The position numbers and the translations under genes are program-made. Shown here in pieces: positions 26,704 through 36,940 of a stretch of DNA of 64,000 bases. Position 1 is the first letter of the stretch. Each line of letters starts with the position of its first letter. The DNA is taken from the IMG/VR virus record IMGVR_UViG_3300010354_000070, positions 6,807 to 70,806 of that record. One strand, 5' to 3'. The stretch comes from a virus. The notes below the pieces were generated by a model that worked only from the letters and a program-made list of their open reading frames with translations, was not told the DNA's origin and searched no databases.

Positions 26704-28425
26704 TTATCTATATTCCCACATATAAGAACGATCACCATATTCGTCTAAATTCCATATATCTGTAGTTTGTAATTTGTTTTCTTCGGTGGCAAATACCCAT
26801 TTCTCACCTGTTTTTTCCTCAACAACAACTTCCATATCATCCAAACCATCAGAAATAAATCCAAATGGTGACATGTCTTGTTCTATTTGATTTTTTTGTT
26901 CTTCATAAATTCTCTTACGAACATCATTATCCGTCATTTCTTTAAAATAATCCTGAGCAACTAACCAAGAAAAAATTACAAGACACATTGCCAAATCATC
27001 ATTACATCCCTCTTCTGCTTCGAAAGAATTATGTCTTTGCGAAAACGTTGTTAATTCTGAAATAATATCATAATCACTAATCAACAATTTATTATCTTCT
27101 ATAAGTAGTTTTAAATTTGAACAACCCAATTTTTTAACTGAAGCTGTCATACGAACGCCTAACTGAGATTTTTTTCCACTAAATCCAGATCCAACGATTT
27201 GCCCCGCTCTTCCCCTCATAGAACACATTAAAATATTGTCATACTCAAGATCAAAATGCAAAATATTTGCTACTTGATCTCCAATATCATTTACTTCAAT
27301 TAATACCCAAGCATTATTATATCCTCTAGCAACTTCATTAATAATACTTGGAAACAACATTGGTTTAATTTCATTATTGTGGTACTTACCTACTACTCTG
27401 TATGGAAACATTGTTATATCAAAAATAACAAATGCCGAAAAATCATTTCCAAGACCACGAGCAACATCAACTGTAATTAAATAATTGTTTTCTTCATTTG
27501 GGTCTTCATAAATGTCTAAACCAGCATTTCTTGTTATTGGATCATCATAAACAAGAGTTTTAAGTTTTGAGGCATTTATAAGTGTATTAACAGACCCAAG
27601 AAACTCAGTTTCAAATTCTACACGAAATTGTTGTTCTGAAGTATTTGCAATTGTCTGCTCCTTCCATTTATCGTCTCTACCAGGCACTTCCGACCAATGA
27701 ACGTCTGTAGTCACATATTCGTTTCTACCCCTCTCAGCGTCATGCCACATACGGTAGAAGTGGTTCATACCACGAGGTGTGGATACGATAATTACTTTTG
27801 TGCTTTTTCCAGACGATATAGTAGGATAAACAGAGGCAAAGAAGTCATCAGCAATGTGATTCGGGATAAATGCGAACTCATCCAAAAAGATGATATTATA
27901 CGATCCGCCACGGACAGCAGATGCAGACGTAGATGCGGCGATAATTTTTGATCCATTTTCTAACTCCAAACTACCTCTATTCCATTGAAGAACTCCTTGT
28001 TGCATCCATTTTGGTAAATTTTCATAAGCAAGTTGTAATCTTTGAAGCAAATCTCTTGCTGTGGATGCTTTGTTCGCAAGAATTGCAATATTTACATTAT
28101 CATTAAAAACGGCATAATGCAATAAGTAAGCAACTGCAGTCGATGACTTTCCGGTTTGACGTGGCATCTTGCAGATATTAAATCTATGCTTATGAAAATT
28201 TTGAATCAATCTTTCCTGAAACGGATATAAATTAAAAGGAACTAATCCATAATCAAGAGAAACAATTTTTAAATAAGTTTTCGCAAAATATACTGGATCG
28301 TCTTTACACTTCAAAAATTCAATGATCTGCTCTTGAGACCATTGTATAGTAGTATTTGCTCTCTTTAGATTTGGATTAGAAAGATAAGCATCTTTCTGGT
28401 TTAGTTGGATATCTTGAATTGTCAT
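26704..28425 (-). CDS. gp17: Terminase large subunit
   Basis: PRQTGKS, IFLDEFAF, IVSTPRG, VDVARG and DDLAMC nuclease motifs; uninterrupted. Confidence 0.98.
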   Translation of the reverse strand: MTIQDIQLNQKDAYLSNPNLKRANTTIQWSQEQIIEFLKCKDDPVYFAKTYLKIVSLDYGLVPFNLYPFQERLIQNFHKHRFNICKMPRQTGKSSTAVAYLLHYAVFNDNVNIAILANKASTARDLLQRLQLAYENLPKWMQQGVLQWNRGSLELENGSKIIAASTSASAVRGGSYNIIFLDEFAFIPNHIADDFFASVYPTISSGKSTKVIIVSTPRGMNHFYRMWHDAERGRNEYVTTDVHWSEVPGRDDKWKEQTIANTSEQQFRVEFETEFLGSVNTLINASKLKTLVYDDPITRNAGLDIYEDPNEENNYLITVDVARGLGNDFSAFVIFDITMFPYRVVGKYHNNEIKPMLFPSIINEVARGYNNAWVLIEVNDIGDQVANILHFDLEYDNILMCSMRGRAGQIVGSGFSGKKSQLGVRMTASVKKLGCSNLKLLIEDNKLLISDYDIISELTTFSQRHNSFEAEEGCNDDLAMCLVIFSWLVAQDYFKEMTDNDVRKRIYEEQKNQIEQDMSPFGFISDGLDDMEVVVEEKTGEKWVFATEENKLQTTDIWNLDEYGDRSYMWEYR

Positions 28426-28427
28426 AC

Positions 28428-30014
28428 TCAATCTTCCACATAAATGAACGTAGCACTAGCAGCAGTCATATTACTTGAAGATGAAACGACTGCTGTTAAA
28501 AAACTATTGGGCGGAATGTCAATACCAATTTGAGACAAATCAACGTCAATAGTAGAATTATCCGTCATATGATATGCAGCAATTGGAGGTGCCGATTGTG
28601 CTGGTAAAATAAACAATCCAGTACTATCTTGAGTTGCATAAAGAGATGCATTAAAATCTGCTTGAGTTGTCCATCTCAAATAATTTGTTACTGTTGGATT
28701 AAAGTATATGTATATGATTGCCGGGTCACCTGCGGTATTTACTGAAGCAGTAAGTCTTTTGGGAATTAAATCTCTAGTGTTAATTTTATTTTGATAAATG
28801 AGTTTATTTTTAATAGAAATGAGATGATAAAGAGAACCAGGAGAGTTCATTGAGTCAGTCCTGGTTGCAGTCGCAGAATATGGAAGTCTTGTTTGTTGAA
28901 CAATTCCTTCAATAGCACCAAGAAATGAAGATCCAGTACAAGTTACAACACCACTTGTAGGAGATCCCAAGTTTGCTGCGACATATCCAACCTTCATTGA
29001 TGGATTGTCTAAATGTGGAAACTCATTTCTATTTGTATAATGTTCGTGATGGAAGAAGAACATATCCCCATTACTAGGGTTCTCAATCGCATAACGGATT
29101 TCTCCAGCACCTAACCAACGGAAGTTGATTTGATATACATTCAGTTTTGATGGATCTAAAGTAACACCAGAATATCCAGTTCCATCAAGTTTATCTAAAT
29201 TAAAGTCTTCTTGAAATGTCCAGTATTCTGTTTGCGCTACGCCAGTTTGATTTGTTGTATTTGTAAATGTTATTGTTGTGGTACTAGTTGCATTAAATGT
29301 ACCATTTTGTGGACCAAGAGATGTTGCTAAAAACTTTATTCTGGTTTGATCATATTCAACTACATAACGAGCAGTAAATGCTGGTTGAGATACTAATCCT
29401 TGTACGAGAAGAGCAATATTTCCAGCAATAGTTCCCGCATTTAAAGTTACAGCAGTAAAAACAGTTCCATTGAGAGTAACCGTTACATTTCCGTCTGCCA
29501 ACGCACTGAAAGTAAAACCTTGAATATGTGCCTTACCACCATTGGCACGAAGAACACCAAACTGCCCGTTGGTATGAGCATATCCAATTTGAACTGCTTG
29601 CTCCTGATTGAATAATCCTGCCCTTTGAGTAAATCCTACTGGATTGGAAGAATATGCTGCAGTAAATCTACATACCGCACCTTGTCCAGGACGATATCTA
29701 AGGAAGTTAGTACTTCTAAGAACACCATAAGAATTAGCATCTGTTCCAGCACCAACTCTAAATCTGGAATTGCCATTTGTAGCAATTCCACTAGAACTAA
29801 AAGTGAATGTTTCAAACTCTCTTGGATCTAATCCATAGACAGCATCACCCTGAACTTTTGGTGTAATGGGAATTGCAATGTTCTCACCAAAAGCAGATTT
29901 AGAGCAAGCACTTTCATTTAGAATATTTCCATACTCATCAGCACGAAGATAAACCTCATGAAGTGTTCTTTCTTGATTTAAATAATCTTGTTCATTTTTA
30001 TTCCACTGGGCCAT
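28428..30014 (-). CDS. Hypothetical beta-rich protein (528 aa), probably virion-associated
   Basis: KSAFGE, RYRPGQG, NVYQINFRWLGAG; inserted between the gp16 region and gp17. Confidence 0.65.
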   Translation of the reverse strand: MAQWNKNEQDYLNQERTLHEVYLRADEYGNILNESACSKSAFGENIAIPITPKVQGDAVYGLDPREFETFTFSSSGIATNGNSRFRVGAGTDANSYGVLRSTNFLRYRPGQGAVCRFTAAYSSNPVGFTQRAGLFNQEQAVQIGYAHTNGQFGVLRANGGKAHIQGFTFSALADGNVTVTLNGTVFTAVTLNAGTIAGNIALLVQGLVSQPAFTARYVVEYDQTRIKFLATSLGPQNGTFNATSTTTITFTNTTNQTGVAQTEYWTFQEDFNLDKLDGTGYSGVTLDPSKLNVYQINFRWLGAGEIRYAIENPSNGDMFFFHHEHYTNRNEFPHLDNPSMKVGYVAANLGSPTSGVVTCTGSSFLGAIEGIVQQTRLPYSATATRTDSMNSPGSLYHLISIKNKLIYQNKINTRDLIPKRLTASVNTAGDPAIIYIYFNPTVTNYLRWTTQADFNASLYATQDSTGLFILPAQSAPPIAAYHMTDNSTIDVDLSQIGIDIPPNSFLTAVVSSSSNMTAASATFIYVED

Positions 30015-30029
30015 ACTTTAGTCTCCTAC

Positions 30030-30341
30030 TTAATCTGTCCAAGAATATCTTTCTGGTTGGTATCTTTTAGCACTCTTTATATTTAATGAACTTTGTGAGT
30101 GTGGGTAAATATTGTGAACAACAGCACCTGGATATTCGTTTTGGAGTTGTTCCGTTAATTCATTTTTAGATGTAATTCTACCCTCAATTACCATTCTATA
30201 TAATCTACCTTTCCAAACTACATCAGCAGTAAAAGATTCTTCTACAGATTGATGAGTTTCTGGAGAATTTAAATAAAGATTTCCATTAAAATCTCCTGCA
30301 ATATTAACACTTTCTGATAGGAATTGATTAAAAGATTTCAT
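30030..30341 (-). CDS. Hypothetical protein with a capsid-targeting-like N-terminus
   Basis: MKSFNQFLSE start; TAATG coupling with the upstream gene. Confidence 0.7.
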   Translation of the reverse strand: MKSFNQFLSESVNIAGDFNGNLYLNSPETHQSVEESFTADVVWKGRLYRMVIEGRITSKNELTEQLQNEYPGAVVHNIYPHSQSSLNIKSAKRYQPERYSWTD

Positions 30342-32026
30342 TATCCGCACCTCCAACGACGAAGTGCTTTATTAATTTTTGAATCGAGATCTCTTGCTGT
30401 TTTTGTTGAAGTGAGTTTTGATTTCATTCCGGTCATACGTCGGCAAAATGATGCACGCCGTTTTGCTCTTTTGCCTTTTGGGCTTTTTTCTGTTACTGCT
30501 GTTTGTAATTTTGATCCTGGATTTTCACTACGATATGCTTTTACGGCAGCAGGACTTAATCCATCAGTTTTATCTTGACGATTAACTTTTTGCCAATCTT
30601 CATTTAAATTTAATTCTTCTCTCCAATTAGAGTATTCTTCTGCTTTTACACAGCGATTATAAGTTTTTCCAAATAATTTCTGGGTTCCTTTTTTCTCATA
30701 TCCAGGCCAACATTTTTTTGCTTCATCAATATCATGCTCACCACTATCAATATAATCCGCAGCAGCATCTATATAATCTGCTGCTTTTGTAATTTTTGAT
30801 TGAACCCAAGCTTCAATATTTCCTTCGCCTTTCATTTTTTTACGAAGTCTTTTGGCAGCAGAAATTATAGTTGAAAGTTCTGAACGAGCCATCGAATGTT
30901 CATGATCACGCTCCTCTGGAATATTTCCGGGGTGAGGACTATTTGCGTGATAATGTGGATTTGACATTACTACATCAGATAATTTTGATGGCAATGAAAA
31001 CATATCCCAATATTTTGGTCCATATCTACATTCACTTCTTGTTTCATCTTTTTTACATTTCGGGCAGTACCTAATCATTTGTGTTTCCTCGCTTTTAGTT
31101 CCCCAATTTGAAGCACCAACTTTACGACATTTGACTAATGCTCCTGAAGCATAAGCACTAGGCCAAACATCATATCTTGATTTTACTTTATGATAACAAG
31201 CATCTTTTTTTCCACTACCTTTTCCAGGTTTATCTTTTCTTGCTTCGTTAAGTTCCATTGCTTCTTTAATTCCTGGTTCTGCTTTTACATAGTTGGGATC
31301 TTTTTTACCTTTTGCAAATGTGGAAACCATTGTTGGTTTTGCTCCACCAGATTTTGCTTGTTGTCCTCTATCTTTTTGTCTTTTTCTACTAACTGCAGAT
31401 CTTATAAGTGATTCTCCCCTTTTACCTTTTCTTTTAAGTGCCCTTAATCTTGCACTACTAAAACATTTAGGAGTTTTAGTTTCACCAGGTTCATTAGCAC
31501 AAGGAGAACCATCTGCTTGAACCCATCCAGGTTTTCCTCCCTTTGATTTGGAACCTTTAAACCAATGATGAAGTGTTCCTTCTTCCAAATCTTCAACCCA
31601 ATCATCTGGCGTTTTGCCATTTTTACTCACAAAAGCATTATGTAAATCTTTTGCCGTCACATCATATTCTTTCATAATACGACGCATTAGTTTATCAATT
31701 GAAGAATAAGAAGTATTTTTTAATTTTTTTAATTCACTTTCAAGTTTTTCAACTGCACCATCTTCTTCACATCCACAATGTTCTTTAACATCTTTGAACT
31801 TTTTATGTTCTTTTTTTGCAGATGCCTCCATTTTTTTTAAACGAGTATAATAATCTGGTATTTCATCGAGATGTTGAAGAGCAATGTCAGTAGCTAGGTC
31901 TTTATCTTTAGTATGTTCATGTTCAATTGGAACTCCCATTTTAAGTTGATTCTGTACAAAAGAAACATCTAGACGGTGTTTCTTTGCAATTTCCTCTACA
32001 CTTTTATGAGACTTTAACTTATGCAC
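30341..32026 (-). CDS. Modular late hypothetical protein (561 aa, multiple small basic/Cys domains)
   Basis: CTAAATA at 32053-32059; modules IEHEHT...HLDEIPDYYTRL, WPSAYASG, CPKC, EAWVQSKIT, CWPGY and RASFCRRM. Confidence 0.75.
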   Translation of the reverse strand: MHKLKSHKSVEEIAKKHRLDVSFVQNQLKMGVPIEHEHTKDKDLATDIALQHLDEIPDYYTRLKKMEASAKKEHKKFKDVKEHCGCEEDGAVEKLESELKKLKNTSYSSIDKLMRRIMKEYDVTAKDLHNAFVSKNGKTPDDWVEDLEEGTLHHWFKGSKSKGGKPGWVQADGSPCANEPGETKTPKCFSSARLRALKRKGKRGESLIRSAVSRKRQKDRGQQAKSGGAKPTMVSTFAKGKKDPNYVKAEPGIKEAMELNEARKDKPGKGSGKKDACYHKVKSRYDVWPSAYASGALVKCRKVGASNWGTKSEETQMIRYCPKCKKDETRSECRYGPKYWDMFSLPSKLSDVVMSNPHYHANSPHPGNIPEERDHEHSMARSELSTIISAAKRLRKKMKGEGNIEAWVQSKITKAADYIDAAADYIDSGEHDIDEAKKCWPGYEKKGTQKLFGKTYNRCVKAEEYSNWREELNLNEDWQKVNRQDKTDGLSPAAVKAYRSENPGSKLQTAVTEKSPKGKRAKRRASFCRRMTGMKSKLTSTKTARDLDSKINKALRRWRCG

Positions 32027-32041
32027 TATTACTAAAAATAA

Positions 32042-32470
32042 TTACTCTTTATTATTTAGAAATTGTTGTTTGAGTAATTTTGATAATTCTGATGTAGATC
32101 CAATAAAAACAGCATTATTGGTTACATTTGTTGGAGATTTAACATTTTGATCTTCTACATCTTTAAGTTTTTTCTGTAAATCAATAAGTTTATCTGTTAC
32201 ATCACTTACAGATTTAATTAATTGACCTGCAACTTCATACGCTCTCGGACTTCCACCTTCTTCTGCTATTTCCATTATTCCGTTAATTGCATCTTGACCC
32301 TTTTCAATTAATGAATAAAGATTTGCTCTAGTATATTCATAATCTTTTTTTAGATCTTGAGTATTTTCTCTAGGTTCTTCAATTTTTTGGGGTAACACTT
32401 GTTTTTCAACCTCTACAATTTCACTCTTGATGTTCAACGCATCCTCTAATTTCTCATAATTTTTTTTCAT
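32042..32470 (-). CDS. gp16: Terminase small subunit
   Basis: DYEYTRANLYSLIEKG...SPRAYEVAGQLIK...VFIGSTSEL. Confidence 0.94.
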   Translation of the reverse strand: MKKNYEKLEDALNIKSEIVEVEKQVLPQKIEEPRENTQDLKKDYEYTRANLYSLIEKGQDAINGIMEIAEEGGSPRAYEVAGQLIKSVSDVTDKLIDLQKKLKDVEDQNVKSPTNVTNNAVFIGSTSELSKLLKQQFLNNKE

Positions 32471-32475
32471 AAAAA

Positions 32476-33273
32476 TCAAATATCAGATTGGCGAGTTGGA
32501 CTATAGGTTTTTGCATCTCCCAAATATTCCCAATTTTCATTGAATCCAAAATCATCACCTGGTTCGGCATCAATTGGATCTGGTGTAACTGTATATCTCA
32601 TTTCTCTCTTTGCAATATTTGTATCTGTTCCAGCATACAAATCAACCTGAGCCTTGCGAATAAGACCATCTGTACTTTCCGCAATTGGACCAAATAAATA
32701 TACTTTAGCAGTAAAGTTTAAAGTATAAATTAACGCTCTACGAGAAGAAAAGTCGCCTTCATAATCATCAGTAAATGAAACACTATCCAAAACAATAGGT
32801 ATATCTCTTTTCTCACCAATAGAATTAATTAAATCAATAGTCATATTGAAAGAAGGTTGAAAAAATGGTAAAATTTGCTCTACAATTTGTAAAGCATCAT
32901 CATTTAGTTTAGCAAGAATGCTCAATTGAAATCCAATATTATATGGAACTGGCATATAAACTTTCTTTAAATTTTCTCCGTCTAATGCCTTAAATGACTG
33001 GGTAATACCAGATTTTCTAGTTGAATCGTAAGAAATTGAAACCATTTCAAATGACATTCTTGGTAATGTAATTGCAATTGGTTTTGTCAGTTGCTCTTGT
33101 TGTTGAATTTTTGCTACAAATTTTTGTATAGGACCATATCCAAGAGGAACTTTTGTGTCATCAATAATTTCATCATTTCTATCTTTATGGCGAATGTAAA
33201 TATTATTGAAAAGAGTTCCAAATCCAATAATAGTTTTTCTTATAATTTCATGATAATAGTAAGTTCCTAGCAT
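32476..33273 (-). CDS. gp15: Tail sheath stabiliser / completion protein
   Basis: YYHEIIRKTIIGFGTLFNNI, LPRMSFE, QIVEQILPFFQP. Confidence 0.95.
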   Translation of the reverse strand: MLGTYYYHEIIRKTIIGFGTLFNNIYIRHKDRNDEIIDDTKVPLGYGPIQKFVAKIQQQEQLTKPIAITLPRMSFEMVSISYDSTRKSGITQSFKALDGENLKKVYMPVPYNIGFQLSILAKLNDDALQIVEQILPFFQPSFNMTIDLINSIGEKRDIPIVLDSVSFTDDYEGDFSSRRALIYTLNFTAKVYLFGPIAESTDGLIRKAQVDLYAGTDTNIAKREMRYTVTPDPIDAEPGDDFGFNENWEYLGDAKTYSPTRQSDI

Positions 33274-34733
33274 TAATATTCTCCAAATGGATTTCTTTCT
33301 GAAAAATCTATAATTGAATCTGCTTCAATTTCAATTTGTTTATTCTGTTCATATGTAGTATCATTACTATATGTATCGTAAGATTGAACTATATATCTAG
33401 CTGAAGAAATTGTACCTACCACAATTTCTCCAGGGAAAAACTTACCAGTATTTATAGATACTTCTAATTCTACTGGAGGATTTGTCAAATTTTTATCAAA
33501 TCTTTTTGTAAAGTTTCTCACTACAGCTACTGTTCCGGAATCATTTCCAATAATTGTTTCATTGTAAAAATAAGTCCCAATTCCAGTTGAAGGGAGAGAA
33601 GAGAAATCAATAGATGGAGGAGACGAATAACCCGACCCAGAATTAATTATTCTAATAGAAGAAACTCCACTATTAGAATCTATAAAAGATTGCAAAATTG
33701 CAGTATTTCCTATTCCAGATGGAGCGGAAACTGTAATTGATGGTGGAGAAGTATATCCATTCCCTTGATCATTTATTACAACTCTAGACACTCCAATATC
33801 ACCAACTAATCCAATAGAACAAGTTGCTGCTGCTCCAGTTCCCCCGCCCCCACTAATAATAATTTTTGGTGGAGTTATGTAACCACTTCCAGAATTTGTC
33901 AATAAAATTTTATCAATAGATCTAATTCCACCTACATTTTTTGTAGTTGCTACGGCAGTTGCAGTTACACCACCAGCTGGTGGTGGTCCTATTGTTACTG
34001 TTGGTGTTCTACTATAACCTTTTCCATCATTATTTAAAAATATTTCTTTAATATATCCAGAAGATAAAATTGCAGAAGCTTCCGCAGGTTTTGCAATTCC
34101 AACTAAATTTAAAGTAGTAATATAACCTTCACTATCTACCGTATTATCGACTTCTTCAACCGAAGTGTCAATTAATTCATTTTCAAATTCATACAATTCG
34201 CAACTTAATTCATAAACATAATTTTTTCCTAATTGATAAAAAGGTCTTTCCGATTCAACTCTTTTTATTTCAAAAAGTCTTTCCCCCAAAGGAAAATATA
34301 TTAAATCTCCTTCTTTTGGACGATTACTAAATTCTAATGATACATTTATATCTACATTTTTACTATATTCATTTTTACTAATTTTACCATCTTCTATACC
34401 TGAAATTATTGCCTCCAAAAAAGGAGATATAAATTCTTCAAATCTTTCTTTGGATATGATTAGAGAAATTTCATTTTTTAATGTTAAACCAAATTTTGAC
34501 ATTACATCATAACCTGGGTTATATCCTTCATAGTTTCCAAGATATGCTTCTAATATAAAACTATCATCAAATTTTGATGATTGAGCTTCCCTAATTATAT
34601 TATCAGTTTTAAATATTTTTCTAGGAAGATAATAAACTTCAATACCATACATTCTTAATTGCTCATTAATTAAATCTTGAATTAAAAATTGTTCGTTAGG
34701 ACTTCCCTGAAGAAAAAAAGGATTTAATGCCAT
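33273..34733 (-). CDS. gp14: Neck protein with inserted GxGY-x-P repeats
   Basis: INEQLRMYGIEVYYLPR, RPKEGDLIYFP, FYQLGK, DFSERNPFG. Confidence 0.93.
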   Translation of the reverse strand: MALNPFFLQGSPNEQFLIQDLINEQLRMYGIEVYYLPRKIFKTDNIIREAQSSKFDDSFILEAYLGNYEGYNPGYDVMSKFGLTLKNEISLIISKERFEEFISPFLEAIISGIEDGKISKNEYSKNVDINVSLEFSNRPKEGDLIYFPLGERLFEIKRVESERPFYQLGKNYVYELSCELYEFENELIDTSVEEVDNTVDSEGYITTLNLVGIAKPAEASAILSSGYIKEIFLNNDGKGYSRTPTVTIGPPPAGGVTATAVATTKNVGGIRSIDKILLTNSGSGYITPPKIIISGGGGTGAAATCSIGLVGDIGVSRVVINDQGNGYTSPPSITVSAPSGIGNTAILQSFIDSNSGVSSIRIINSGSGYSSPPSIDFSSLPSTGIGTYFYNETIIGNDSGTVAVVRNFTKRFDKNLTNPPVELEVSINTGKFFPGEIVVGTISSARYIVQSYDTYSNDTTYEQNKQIEIEADSIIDFSERNPFGEY

Positions 34734-35575
34734 TATCCTATAAAATCGTATGGAGGTAGTTCGTAAGATCTTGCCATATCATTTTTAATTTCATCTAACT
34801 CTCTTACAGCATCATCATATAATTGGCGGCCATTTAATTCAATTCCACCAGGAAGTTTAACTCCTTGAAATTTAATTAAATTTTGCCCCCATTGCTTTTT
34901 GATTAATGATGTCAAATATTTTTTTAAAAATGAATCATTATAAACTTTAGTAAAACTATTTGGATCTAATGCTCTATAACAATCAATAACTAAAAACGTG
35001 TCTTTTGCCTTTGAACCCCAATCAATATCTAAATATAATCTATTTTGCCTTTTATTAAATCTGATTTGCTTATCTGTCGATAATAAAAAATCTATATCTT
35101 CTAGATAGGTTTTTACCATTGCATATTGTAATAATTCAACAGAATTAAAATAATATAAATCATTAAGAAATAATTGATATTTTATACTCCACATTCCACC
35201 AGATATTGAACTGGTATCAAATTTAAATACTTTTTCTATACCAATAATTGAATCTGGAACTTGAATAAAATTGGAATTTTCGTAAAAATTGGAAGTAATT
35301 GTTCCGAGACCACTTATTGTAGAACTTCCCGAAGTTGTTACAATTCCAACGCCATTAGTTCCTGTTGCTTTTCCTCTATTGACATCTTCTTCTGTAATTT
35401 TGTATTTTAAATACATTCTTTCAACACCATCAAAATGCCTTTCATTAAAGTATTGAATGGCATCATCTACTAAATCATCAATTTGATCTTCGTCAACGTT
35501 AATTTCCAATACTGGATAACCCAATTTTCTTAGGCAATAATCGATCAATTCTTGTCTAGTGGATGGTTTTGCCAT
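34733..35575 (-). CDS. gp13: Neck protein
   Basis: ELIDYCLRKLGYPVLEINV, KKQWGQNLIKFQGVKLPGG. Confidence 0.95.
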   Translation of the reverse strand: MAKPSTRQELIDYCLRKLGYPVLEINVDEDQIDDLVDDAIQYFNERHFDGVERMYLKYKITEEDVNRGKATGTNGVGIVTTSGSSTISGLGTITSNFYENSNFIQVPDSIIGIEKVFKFDTSSISGGMWSIKYQLFLNDLYYFNSVELLQYAMVKTYLEDIDFLLSTDKQIRFNKRQNRLYLDIDWGSKAKDTFLVIDCYRALDPNSFTKVYNDSFLKKYLTSLIKKQWGQNLIKFQGVKLPGGIELNGRQLYDDAVRELDEIKNDMARSYELPPYDFIG

Positions 35576-36414
35576 TAATATTCTCCTCCGTCAATTAGAC
35601 CTGCGGTTAAAGTTCCAGTCACAAAAACGTTGTCATTAAAAGTAGAAATTCCAGTAAAAGTGGATAATCCAGAAACAATTAATGTATTGAGTGATGTTAT
35701 TCCAGTAACATTTGCATTACGAGAAGTAAATTCGTCGAACGCCAAATCATCTTTTATATATAAATCCCCACCAACATATAAATCCCCACCGGTTGTTGTA
35801 ATTCCACCATCAGAAGCTAATGTAGTAATCCCAATAGATCTGAAATTACCTTGAACATTAAGTTGATTTAAAATATCTACAGCAGCATTAATATCTAAAT
35901 CTGAAGAAAATGTAGATAATCCAGAAACTAATAAAGATTTACCTACATACAAATCCCCTCCAGTTGTAGTTATTCCACCATTTGAGGATAATGTTGTAAA
36001 TCCAATAGATTTTAAATTGCTTTGAATAACAAGATCATTCAAAATATCAACTGAAGCATTGATATCTAGATCTGATGAAAAAGTTGTTATACCAACAATT
36101 GATACTGAACCACCTACATTCAAATTTTTCCCAATTCCAACACCACCAACAACAACCAAAGCACCATTAGTTGGTAAAGTTGATTGTGATGAATTTTCAA
36201 ATTGTATAGATCCTAGTATTGATAGATTTTTATCAATAACACTTGTCATTATAAATGTTTGAGATGGAAGATCCCAAACAAGAATCATTCCATCTTGTGT
36301 TTTTAAAGTATCATTTACATCAACTAAATTAATTAATTTTGGATTTATTGAAGAAGAATTTGATAAAACTCTTATGGTATTTTGAGAACCAATTCTGTCG
36401 TTTATATTTGCCAT
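35575..36414 (-). CDS. Fibre-like structural protein with an internal 57-aa duplication
   Basis: GALVVVGGVGIGKNLNVGG; two copies of FSSDLDINA.VDILN...GGITTTGGDLYVG spaced 171 nt apart; ends IDGGEY. Confidence 0.7.
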   Translation of the reverse strand: MANINDRIGSQNTIRVLSNSSSINPKLINLVDVNDTLKTQDGMILVWDLPSQTFIMTSVIDKNLSILGSIQFENSSQSTLPTNGALVVVGGVGIGKNLNVGGSVSIVGITTFSSDLDINASVDILNDLVIQSNLKSIGFTTLSSNGGITTTGGDLYVGKSLLVSGLSTFSSDLDINAAVDILNQLNVQGNFRSIGITTLASDGGITTTGGDLYVGGDLYIKDDLAFDEFTSRNANVTGITSLNTLIVSGLSTFTGISTFNDNVFVTGTLTAGLIDGGEY

Positions 36415-36749
36415 TATTGAGTTACTCCTGCTCTTACTAGTGCTGATCCCTCAACAGCTTTATATTCACCCATGTTAGAAATTATTTTTACGTCATAAAC
36501 ATATCTTCCCGGTTTTAATAACAAAGTTTGTTCAGGTTCTAAACCAATAGTAATAGTTCCTGATTTTGGTTTTGTAATACTAGATGCAAAGGAAACAAAA
36601 TTTGAACTGCCATAAGTTTTTCTAATTTTAGACTCTATTTGGCAATTAGTTAAATCTAAAAATGAATTTGTTCTAGTATCCCCTAATTGAAAAGTTGCAC
36701 CAAAAGTGAATCCCTGATCAATTACTATGTTGGATACATATACTGCCAT
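36414..36749 (-). CDS. Small structural protein (BppU-N-like adaptor)
   Basis: NIVIDQG..F...LKPGRYVYDV...EGSALVRAGVT; ATAAATA at 36775-36781. Confidence 0.7.
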   Translation of the reverse strand: MAVYVSNIVIDQGFTFGATFQLGDTRTNSFLDLTNCQIESKIRKTYGSSNFVSFASSITKPKSGTITIGLEPEQTLLLKPGRYVYDVKIISNMGEYKAVEGSALVRAGVTQ

Positions 36750-36769
36750 TACTTAAAACAAAACTACCT

Positions 36770-36940
36770 TTAGATATTTATTAAATTTTTAATTGTTTCC
36801 TGCTGCTTCAAATATAATTTACAATATAATTTAGCAAAATTCTTTAATTCTTCCTCATTTAGTTGATCTATAAATCTTGAGTGTTTTTCATATTCAAATA
36901 ATCTATTAATAGATTCAAGGATGATTTCATTTGGATCCAT
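36770..36940 (-). CDS. Small helical protein, NblA-like (56 aa, not in ORF track)
   Basis: MDPNEIILESINRLFEYEKHSRFIDQLNEEELKNFAKLYCKLYLKQQETIKNLINI; GGAG RBS upstream. Confidence 0.6.
   Translation of the reverse strand: MDPNEIILESINRLFEYEKHSRFIDQLNEEELKNFAKLYCKLYLKQQETIKNLINI

Noticed and set aside
26704-28425. Intein or intron in terminase gp17 (a common hotspot)
   Set aside because: Normal length and contiguous motifs.
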